Shown in pieces: positions 19,127 through 27,020 of a DNA stretch of 31,617 bases; positions within the stretch are counted from its first letter, which is position 1, and each line of letters begins with the position of its first letter. The translations under genes and the position numbers were made by a program. The stretch is taken from assembly GCA_039630545.1 (NCBI GenBank), contig JBCNUU010000013.1:1-31617 (forward strand), in the 5' to 3' direction. Under the pieces are notes generated by a model. The model searched no databases, had not been told where the DNA came from, and was given only the letters and a program-made list of their open reading frames with translations. The stretch comes from Endomicrobiia bacterium (lineage in GTDB: Bacteria; Elusimicrobiota; Endomicrobiia; DTEH01).

Positions 19127-19247
19127 TTTATACCTCCTTATGTCAAACTTTATCTTCGGTTAGAAAAACACCATTGTTTTGTAGGTATAAATTTTTGACA
19201 GGTCCACCATTGGACAATATATGTTCTGCAAGCTACTTCCTTGTAGC
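19127..19247 (-). promoter_or_regulatory. ANTAR-target RNA leader: three hexaloop hairpins plus anti-SD
   Basis: GCTAC-AAGGAA-GTAGC (19247-19232), GTCC-AATGGT-GGAC (19215-19202), AAAAC-AATGGT-GTTTT (19180-19165). All have a C-G closing pair and loop A1/G4. An ANTAR gene lies directly upstream. Confidence 0.85.
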
Positions 19248-19255
19248 GAAAAAAT

Positions 19256-19284
19256 TTTTTATAAAAAAATTTTTCATTTGTCAA
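19256..19284 (-). promoter_or_regulatory. Probable sigma70 promoter for the ANTAR leader
   Basis: TTGACA (19284-19279), then TATAAA at 15 nt or TAAAAA at 17 nt; this places +1 just before hairpin 1. Confidence 0.5.
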
Positions 19285-19358
19285 GACAAAAATATAATTT
19301 CAGAACAAGAATTTTTTTAAGAAAAATCTTCTGGGAAGAAACGAAAAATGTAGTAGTA

Positions 19359-20072
19359 TTATTTTTTCTCTTCAAATGCTAAAATTATTGCCTGTGCAAT
19401 TTCTTTAACAGGCTTTCTTAAATCCATACTTTTTTTCTGTAAAAACCTGTGAGCTTCTTCTTCTGTAAAATTGCGATATTTGATAAGCAACGCTTTTGCA
19501 CGATCAACTAATTTTTTTGTTTCTAAAGCATCTTTTGTAATGACAAGTTCTTCAAATAACCTGGCATTTTCTATAGCTAAAGCTGCCTGGTTGGCTATAG
19601 CCTGTAAAATATCAATTTCTTCCTGGGAAAACTCATATTCAGTTGCTGTGTAAACATTTAAAACACCAATAATTTTATCTTTTACTACCATAGGAACTGC
19701 CAACATTGAACAAAGTCCTTCTTCCTCCGCAATAGAAGGAAACATATATCTTGGATCTTTTTTAACATCTAAAACAAAAATAGGTTTTCTTTCTTTAACC
19801 GCAAGACCGCTTATACTTGAACCAACTTTTACCGGAGGTTTATTTTTGTATTTTTCAGACAAACTCTGTGTAGCTTTTATTATAAGTTCTTCTTTTTTTT
19901 CATCTAAAAGCATAATAGAACATATCTTTGAACCAAACATATCCGCTGTAAGTTTTACAATTTGTGACAAAATATCATCTAAAAATTTTGATGATACAAT
20001 TGTGGAACTTATAAGAGAAAGTGTTTGTATTTCTTTTAATAACTTTTTGCTTTTTGATCTTTGTTTTTTCAT
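19359..20072 (-). CDS. GAF-ANTAR RNA-binding regulator
   Basis: GAF domain (CSIMLLD..SMLAVPM..IGVLNVY..IANQAALAIENARL), then ANTAR (LETKKLVDRAKALL..TEEEAHRFLQKKSMD.R.PVKEIA). Confidence 0.95.
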   Translation of the reverse strand: MKKQRSKSKKLLKEIQTLSLISSTIVSSKFLDDILSQIVKLTADMFGSKICSIMLLDEKKEELIIKATQSLSEKYKNKPPVKVGSSISGLAVKERKPIFVLDVKKDPRYMFPSIAEEEGLCSMLAVPMVVKDKIIGVLNVYTATEYEFSQEEIDILQAIANQAALAIENARLFEELVITKDALETKKLVDRAKALLIKYRNFTEEEAHRFLQKKSMDLRKPVKEIAQAIILAFEEKK

Positions 20073-20151
20073 AATGTTTTTAACAAATTAAAATTTCAAC
20101 GAATTAAAATTCGTTGTCTCACATAATGGTTTTGAGGTCCACATATCACAA

Positions 20152-20179
20152 AAACGGCAGACAAGCAGTCCATCTGCGT
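20152..20179 (-). terminator. Possible terminator after pyrG-nadE
   Basis: - strand ACGCAGATGG-ACTGC-TTGTCTGCCGT followed by TTTT; the stem has G-U pairs and a bulge. Confidence 0.45.
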
Positions 20180-20221
20180 AGAAATTCATAAAAGATATAA
20201 AATACAATAAATTGCATGTTA

Positions 20222-20979
20222 TCATTTTGATCTAATCATAAATATCTTGGGTGGTAATAATTTATGTTGATTTTTTTGTTTTGTCAAAACAACTTTATCG
20301 TAAAGATTTTTGTCAATATACTATGGAGTTTTTTTTCTTTCTATATACTTAATAAGCTCATCAAGTTGTTGATATGTAATACCCATCTCACCTTCATCAA
20401 GTTGTCCCTCCCACAGTCCTGCTGATGGCGGCTTGTTATTATTTCTTCGGGAATCTTTAAACACTCTGCTACGTTCCGCACTTCTGTTTTTGTTAAATCA
20501 CCAATAGGTAACAAATCAACTCCACCATCTCCATATTTTGTAAAATACCCCATAGTAAGCTCTGATTTATTACCCGTTCCAACTACTAAATAGTTAAGTT
20601 TGTTAGCAAAATAATACAAAGTAATCATTCTCAACCGTGGCTTGATGTTTACAACTGAAAGCTCTTTACTTTGTGGTTCTAAGTTGAGTGTTTCACAGAA
20701 TTTTAAAAATACATCTCTAAGATCAATTAGTTTTGAATTAAGGTTGAATTTTTTAACAACAATATAAGCATCTTTCAAATCTTTTTCTGAAGAAAAACAA
20801 GGAAGAATTAAAGCAAGATGATTTTCAGGAAATGCTTTCTTACACAAAACAGCAACAACAGATGAGTCAACCCCCCCACTTAAACCAAATACAACCCCAT
20901 TTTTATTTGTTTGTTTTACTTGTTGTTTAATCCATAAAGTGATATTTTTTACCAATTTAGAAGAAACAGTAATTTTCAT
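20222..20979 (-). pseudogene. nadE: NH3-dependent NAD+ synthetase, with a frameshift and an in-frame TAG
   Basis: GLSGGVDS, NIKPRLRM, GTGNKSE, GYFTKYGDG. After ~20433 the homology continues in another frame: KPPSAGLWEGQLDEGEMGITYQQLD...KTP*YIDK...NQHKLLPPKIFMIRSK*. TAG at 20323-20321; ancestral TGA at 20224-20222. Confidence 0.88.
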
Positions 20980-22562
20980 ATATTAGTTGCAACTTTTACC
21001 AGATTATAAAACAAAGGATGAGGCGACAAAAACCTTGATTTAAACTCTGGATGAAACTGAACCGCTATGAAATACGGGTGGTCATTAAGTTCTATTATTT
21101 CAACTAATCTTCCAACAGGATGTATTCCACTTATTACTAATCCATTTCTCTGCAAAATTTGTAGATACTTATTATTGACTTCGTAGCGATGTCTATGACG
21201 CTCATAAATTTTTGTAGTTTGATATACTCTATGTGCTAGGGTATCCTTTTTTATTTTACACAAATACGCACCTAAACGCATCGTCCCACCTTTATATTTT
21301 ATCATTTTTTGACTTTCCATTAAGTCAACTACTGGATGATCTGTTTTTTGATTAAACTCAGTAGAGTTTGCATCTTTAAGTCCACATACATTTCTTGCAA
21401 ATTCAATTACAGCACATTGCATACCTAAGCATATACCTAAAAATGGGAGTTTGTTTTCTCTTGCAAATTTTACTGCTTGAATTTTTCCTTCAACACCACG
21501 CTCACCAAAACCACCAGGAACTATAAGTCCTTTAACATTTTTTAGTTCTTCTTCAAAATTTTTTTGCTCAACATCAACATATTTTATATCCACTTTCACA
21601 TTATTGTGCAAGCCAGCATGAAATAAAGCCTCCAAAATACTTTTGTAGGCGTCTTTAAGCTGTGTATATTTACCAGCTACTGCAATTGTTACAGTATCTT
21701 TTAATGACTCGTATTTTTCAACAAGCCTGTTCCAGTCAGCAATATCACATTTTCTATATCTTAGTTTTAGTTTCTTTAATATAATCCTATCAAGTTGCTG
21801 TTCCTTTAGTAAAATTGGAACTTTATACACACAACTGCCTACATCTGGCTCTAAAATTACAGAATCTTCATCAACATTGCAGAATAAAGAAATTTTCTCT
21901 TTGATATCTTTTCCCACAAACTTTTCTGTTCTACATATTATTATGTCGGGTTCTATTCCTATTTCTCTTAGTTTCATTACACTGTGCTGTGTAGGTTTTG
22001 TTTTTATTTCTTCTGCTGCTTTTATATAAGGAAGAAGGGTAATATGAATATACAATACATTTTCTCTTCCAACCTCCAGCCTTATTTGTCTTATAGCCTC
22101 CAGAAACGGCAAACTTTCAATATCACCAACAGTGCCACCTATTTCTGTGATTACTATGTCTTTTTTTCTTGCTAAACGGTAGACACAATCTTTTATTTCT
22201 TTAGTCACATGAGGAACAACTTGAACTGTTTTTCCTAAGTATTCTCCATACCTCTCTTTATACAATACTCTTTCATAGATCTGTCCTTGGGTAACATTGT
22301 TTTTTCTAGACATATTTTGATTTAAATATCTCTCATAGTGTCCAAGGTCTAAATCTGTCTCAGCTCCATCCTCTGTAACAAAAACTTCTCCATGTTGATA
22401 TGGACTCATAGTACCAGGATCTACATTTAAGTAAGGATCAAACTTAAGAACATCTACGCTATATTTATGAGATTTTAAAAGAAAAGCAACTGAAGCAGTG
22501 GTAATACCTTTACCCAAGGAGGAAACAACTCCACCAGTTACAAATATGAATTTAGTTTTCAC
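20976..22562 (-). CDS. pyrG: CTP synthase
   Basis: [55 protein letters not shown]. Confidence 0.98.
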   Translation of the reverse strand: MKTKFIFVTGGVVSSLGKGITTASVAFLLKSHKYSVDVLKFDPYLNVDPGTMSPYQHGEVFVTEDGAETDLDLGHYERYLNQNMSRKNNVTQGQIYERVLYKERYGEYLGKTVQVVPHVTKEIKDCVYRLARKKDIVITEIGGTVGDIESLPFLEAIRQIRLEVGRENVLYIHITLLPYIKAAEEIKTKPTQHSVMKLREIGIEPDIIICRTEKFVGKDIKEKISLFCNVDEDSVILEPDVGSCVYKVPILLKEQQLDRIILKKLKLRYRKCDIADWNRLVEKYESLKDTVTIAVAGKYTQLKDAYKSILEALFHAGLHNNVKVDIKYVDVEQKNFEEELKNVKGLIVPGGFGERGVEGKIQAVKFARENKLPFLGICLGMQCAVIEFARNVCGLKDANSTEFNQKTDHPVVDLMESQKMIKYKGGTMRLGAYLCKIKKDTLAHRVYQTTKIYERHRHRYEVNNKYLQILQRNGLVISGIHPVGRLVEIIELNDHPYFIAVQFHPEFKSRFLSPHPLFYNLVKVATNI

Positions 22563-22641
22563 AACGTTAAATAAAATAAATTAAATTCCTGGCGAGAACA
22601 CCAATTATATAAATAAAAAATACAAAGCAAAAATTAAGTTT

Positions 22642-23459
22642 TTAAAACTTAAAACTTATTCCAATGTTTAAGCTTAACCCACTATAATCAAAAGAAATAA
22701 CTTTTCCATCCTGGTCCTTTAATGGTTCTCCAGCTTTAATATCTCCTTCACCAATCACTCCATCATTATCCATATCAACATCTTTTTTAGCACGCACTTC
22801 TGGTATGTTTGCAACTCTGTAACTCGCACCTCCAAACAAGCTAATTTTATCTGTAATGGAATATTTAGCTGAAACACCAACTCTTCCAACTAAGCTACCC
22901 CCGGATCCTTCTATCTTTTTTTCATCCCTCTGTGGTCGTTTTCCAGGAAGTTGCATGAAAAACTTTATGTTCGCTATTGGCTCTGTTATTCCATATCCAA
23001 CAGATATTGTTCCAAAAAACAAAAATTTACTACTCAAATTGAGACTATAACCTATTCCTACAAGAGGAGAAACTAAAAAAACAGAGTAAATACCTTCAAT
23101 TTTCATACTAACAGGATAATTCATAACAGTTCCTGTTCCTTCTATTGCTAAGTTTCCATCGTTAGGTTTTAAATGTATAACTGAAAGTCCAAGATCTAAA
23201 TTAGAATAACATTATACGAAAAATCTAAATTTATTCCAACTCCTGAATTTATCTGTTGTATCTTTTTTGACAAAGAAAGCCCAAAACCAGAAAAAGTTTG
23301 ATATACCTCATCTGCAGTTTTTTCAATACTTTTATTCACATCTTGCATAGAAACAGTACTATACCCACCTGAAATAGAAATTGAAATTTTATTAGCTAAC
23401 AAATAATAACTATTAATCAAAAACATTACTGAACCCATAGATATAATCAATTTTTTCAT
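22642..23459 (-). pseudogene. Outer-membrane beta-barrel protein (~272 aa), split by a 1-nt frameshift at ~23204
   Basis: ORF 23196-23459 (signal peptide, AGGAGG SD) joins ORF 22642-23124 through the stop-free frame NLDLGLSVIHLKPNDGNLAIEGTGTVM if one base is restored. C-terminal DYSGLSLNIGISFKF is a beta-signal. Confidence 0.8.
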
Positions 23460-23585
23460 ACTATTTTATTTATACCTCCTTTTAAAAAATTAAATTTTGT
23501 TTTAAACAACTTTATTTTATAAAAATCAAACCTATATTTTCAAGACTTTATTTTAATATAAGCATTCTTTCTTTATAAACTATCT

Positions 23586-24533
23586 TCAACTTATATTTTT
23601 TCCTTGAAATGAATTTCTACTTTTCAATTCATCTTTAACTTCTTCTATTATGCTAAATCTATCATTCATCCATAGGGGAGCAACTAGATAATTTTTTTTG
23701 GCTGTTGAAATTAATCTTAAAATAACAACATCTGAAGGAATGTTTTCCAAAAAATCACATACATATTTAACATATTGGTCTTTATTAAGAAGAGAAATTT
23801 TGTTTTCACTGTATAGTTTTTCCAAATAGGTTCCTTTAAGTACATGCAAAAGATGAAGTTTTACACCGTTTAGTTTTAAGTTTTTTACTGCGTGGGCTTC
23901 TTTTACTACATCCTGGCCTGGTAGTCCTAAAATAATATGAGCAGCAACTTTAATACGGCTAAATTTTTTTGTAAGTTCAACAGCCAAAACAAAATCTTCA
24001 AAGCTATGACCACGATTTAACCACTTCAGGATATCGTTATTACTTGTTTGCATACCATATTCTATCCATACAAGATAGCTATCAGTGTAAGAGTTGATTA
24101 ACTTTAATTTTTCTTCATCTATACAATCAGGTCTTGTTGAAATAAAAAGTCCTACTATTTGAGGAAATTTTTTTATTATATCGTAAGTTTGTTTTAGTTT
24201 TTCTAAAGTGGCGTAAGTGTTTGAATATGCTTGGAAATACGCAATAAATTTTCTTATATTCCTAAACCTCTTATAAGAAGAAAAAAACTCCAATGTGTTT
24301 TTTATCTGTTGTTCCACAGAAAGATTGTTATCCACATTTTCTGCAAACCCGCTGTTATTACAAAAAATACAACCTTTATTGCTTATCGTTCCATCTAAAT
24401 TTGGACATCCAAAGGCAGCATTGATAGAGATTCTATGGACCCTTTCTTTAAAGATTTCTTGAAGATAGTTATTAAAGCTATAGTAAAGCTGCATATATGT
24501 GGAAATATAATAATTTTCAGACATAATCAACAA
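23586..24533 (-). CDS. Radical SAM protein of the YhcC/YtqA (TIGR01212) family
   Basis: FGCPNLDGTISNKGCIFC, YFQAYSNTY, STRPDC, EYGMQT, NRGH, HIILGLPG, GVKLHLLHVLKGT. Confidence 0.92.
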   Translation of the reverse strand: MLIMSENYYISTYMQLYYSFNNYLQEIFKERVHRISINAAFGCPNLDGTISNKGCIFCNNSGFAENVDNNLSVEQQIKNTLEFFSSYKRFRNIRKFIAYFQAYSNTYATLEKLKQTYDIIKKFPQIVGLFISTRPDCIDEEKLKLINSYTDSYLVWIEYGMQTSNNDILKWLNRGHSFEDFVLAVELTKKFSRIKVAAHIILGLPGQDVVKEAHAVKNLKLNGVKLHLLHVLKGTYLEKLYSENKISLLNKDQYVKYVCDFLENIPSDVVILRLISTAKKNYLVAPLWMNDRFSIIEEVKDELKSRNSFQGKNIS

Positions 24534-24621
24534 AAATAAAAACTTGTTTTAGTGATTTTGATTTTATAAAAATACCAAATAATTTTAAATTTCTAGAGTT
24601 TTAACTTCAAACCAAAAAACC

Positions 24622-26487
24622 ATGCACACATATACTGAAGATTTTGATATAATAGTAATAGGTGCAGGTCATGCTGGAGCAGAAGCAGCAAATGTAGCTT
24701 CAAAAATGGGTATGAAGACGCTTCTTTTGACTATGTCTTTAGATACAATAGGACAGATGTCTTGTAATCCAGCAATTGGTGGTGTTGCAAAAGGGCAGAT
24801 TGTTCGTGAAGTTGACATACTTGGTGGCCTTATGGCAAAGGTAACTGACGAAACTGGAATACATTTTAAAATGCTAAATACTTCAAAAGGCGAGGCAGTA
24901 TGGTCCCCAAGAGCACAATGTGACAGAACATTATATAGATTAACACTTAAAAAATACCTTGAGCAACAAAAAAATTTAACAATAAAACAAGAAGAGGCAA
25001 AAAGAATTGTTGTAGAAAACAATAAAGTAGCTGGAGTATTAACAAACCACAATAACTTATACAAAGCAAAATGTGTAGTAGTTTGTACAGGAACTTTTCT
25101 TAATGGGTTAATCCATATAGGTCTTAAAAGTTTTCCTGCTGGCAGATACGCAGAGTTTCCAGCAACCGGTCTAAGTGATTCGCTTAAAGAGTTAGGTTTT
25201 GAGGTAAAACGGCTAAAAACAGGAACACCTCCAAGAATTGACGGGAAAACCATAGATTATTCAAAGTTAGAAGTACAACCATCTGACAATCCACCAATAC
25301 CATTTTCACATTTTACAGCACTTTCTAAATTTCCATACCAGAAACTCTTAGATTGTTATATTACCTACACAAACAAAGAAACTCACAAAATAATTTTAGA
25401 CAACCTTGACAGATCTCCACTTTACACAGGTATAATAAAAAGCATAGGTCCAAGGTATTGTCCCTCTATTGAAGATAAAGTAGTAAAGTTCAAAGACAGA
25501 GAAAGACACCAAATTTTTTTAGAACCAGAAGGACTCTACACCAACGAGTTTTACTGCAACGGTATTTCTTCAAGTTTACCTGAAGATGTTCAGGAAAAAA
25601 TTGTTCATTCAATAAAGGGGCTTGAAAATGCAAAAATAACAAGGTACGGCTACGCAATAGAATATGATTTCTGTCCTCCAACACAACTCTGGCCCTCGCT
25701 TGAAACAAAACTAATTGAAGGACTTTTTTTTGCAGGACAAATAAACGGCACCACCGGCTACGAAGAAGCAGCAGGCCAAGGTATTATTGCCGGGATAAAT
25801 GCTGTGTTAAAAATCCGCGGTGAGGAACCTTTAGTTTTAGGTAGAGACGAGGCATATATCGGTGTTTTAATAGATGATTTAGTCACAAAAGGTGTAATGG
25901 ACCCTTACAGGATGTTTACTTCCCGTGCAGAATATAGGTTACTTTTAAGAACAGACAACACAGACCTTAGACTTATGGATTACGCTAAAAAATACAATTT
26001 AGTTGAAGAAAGTTTTTATCAACTATTCTTAGAATATAAAAATAAACTAGAACAACTAAAAAAATTTTTTGAAACAAAAAAAACACAAACAGGCGAAACA
26101 ATTGCTGATTTAATAAAACAATCAAAAGAATTTTATTTAGAAGAAACTGACTTAGAACCTTATAAGATAAACTCTGATTACTACTGGAACACACAAAACT
26201 TAATAAATGAAGCAAAAATACAAATAAAATACTCTGGCTACATAGAAAAACAAATTCATCAAGCACAACAAATAAAAAAATTAGAAAACAAAAAAATACC
26301 AGAAGATATTGATTACGAAAAAATTCCAGGTCTTCTTAAAGAAGCAAAAATTAAACTTTCACAAATCAAACCAAAAACAATAGGCCAGGCATCAAGAATC
26401 TCAGGTGTCACCCCAGCTGATGTATCTGTACTTCTTGTACATCTTAAGAAATTATCAGATAAAGAACAACAAAACATACAAAAGTAA
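24622..26487 (+). CDS. mnmG: tRNA uridine 5-carboxymethylaminomethyl modification enzyme MnmG (GidA)
   Basis: GAGHAG, MSCNPAIGG, RAQCD, RLKTGTPPR, GPRYCPSIEDK, AGQINGTTGYEEAA, YRMFTSRAEYRL, RISGVTPAD. Confidence 0.99.
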   Translation: MHTYTEDFDIIVIGAGHAGAEAANVASKMGMKTLLLTMSLDTIGQMSCNPAIGGVAKGQIVREVDILGGLMAKVTDETGIHFKMLNTSKGEAVWSPRAQCDRTLYRLTLKKYLEQQKNLTIKQEEAKRIVVENNKVAGVLTNHNNLYKAKCVVVCTGTFLNGLIHIGLKSFPAGRYAEFPATGLSDSLKELGFEVKRLKTGTPPRIDGKTIDYSKLEVQPSDNPPIPFSHFTALSKFPYQKLLDCYITYTNKETHKIILDNLDRSPLYTGIIKSIGPRYCPSIEDKVVKFKDRERHQIFLEPEGLYTNEFYCNGISSSLPEDVQEKIVHSIKGLENAKITRYGYAIEYDFCPPTQLWPSLETKLIEGLFFAGQINGTTGYEEAAGQGIIAGINAVLKIRGEEPLVLGRDEAYIGVLIDDLVTKGVMDPYRMFTSRAEYRLLLRTDNTDLRLMDYAKKYNLVEESFYQLFLEYKNKLEQLKKFFETKKTQTGETIADLIKQSKEFYLEETDLEPYKINSDYYWNTQNLINEAKIQIKYSGYIEKQIHQAQQIKKLENKKIPEDIDYEKIPGLLKEAKIKLSQIKPKTIGQASRISGVTPADVSVLLVHLKKLSDKEQQNIQK

Positions 26488-26498
26488 AACCACTCCTC

Positions 26499-27020
26499 TC
26501 ATTTTCTTAACAAAACAAAGTAAGCATCCAAAAGTTTGGTGTAATAAATATGATCTTTATAAAATCTGTTAAGCAGTTTATAAAAGTTTTCGTTGTGTTT
26601 TTTTTCTAATAGATGACAAACCTCATGACACACAACATATTTTAATAATTCTTTAGGTAAAAATTTTAAATTTTTGTTAAAGACAAGTACATTGTTTTTT
26701 GTGCAACTTGCCCAGCTTTTTCTCATTTTTCTTAAAACTATTGATTTGTAACTTATATTTAATTTTTTAGAAAATTCTTCTAAATAAGTTTTAATATCTT
26801 CTATGAAATTTTCGTTAACCACAACTCTTAAGTTCCTGCTTATTTTTTCAACTTCATTTATATATTTGTATTTCTCTTCTAAAACTGCTCTGTACTTGTT
26901 TATAATCACATCAGCTGGCACATTATACCTCAAAGGCAATATAACTCTTGTCTCAAAATTTTTAATTTCAATTCTTGGATATTTAACATTTCTTCTAAAA
27001 ATCTTGGTCTTTATATTCAT
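26499..27020 (-). CDS. YgjP/DUF45 (M48-like) zinc metallopeptidase, associated with type I R-M
   Basis: MRKSWASC...YVVCHEVCHLLEKKHNENFY (HExxH); overlaps the hsdR stop. Confidence 0.88.
   Translation of the reverse strand: MNIKTKIFRRNVKYPRIEIKNFETRVILPLRYNVPADVIINKYRAVLEEKYKYINEVEKISRNLRVVVNENFIEDIKTYLEEFSKKLNISYKSIVLRKMRKSWASCTKNNVLVFNKNLKFLPKELLKYVVCHEVCHLLEKKHNENFYKLLNRFYKDHIYYTKLLDAYFVLLRK

Noticed and set aside
20165..20177. ANTAR hairpin (GCAG-ATGGA-CTGC) for autoregulation of the GAF-ANTAR gene
   Set aside because: 5-nt loop, no partner hairpin, and better explained as part of a terminator.
20321..20323. Genome-wide TAG recoding
   Set aside because: TAG ends intact genes in this window (e.g. 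the 609-aa, 371-aa and AAA ORFs), and no other long gene shows internal TAGs.
24669..26266. Antisense ORFs inside mnmG (194, 72, 93 aa) and other short ORFs overlapping ilvE, acsV, the FN3 gene, the glutamate synthase gene, pyrG and hsdR
   Set aside because: Shadow frames of well-supported genes with no recognisable motifs.
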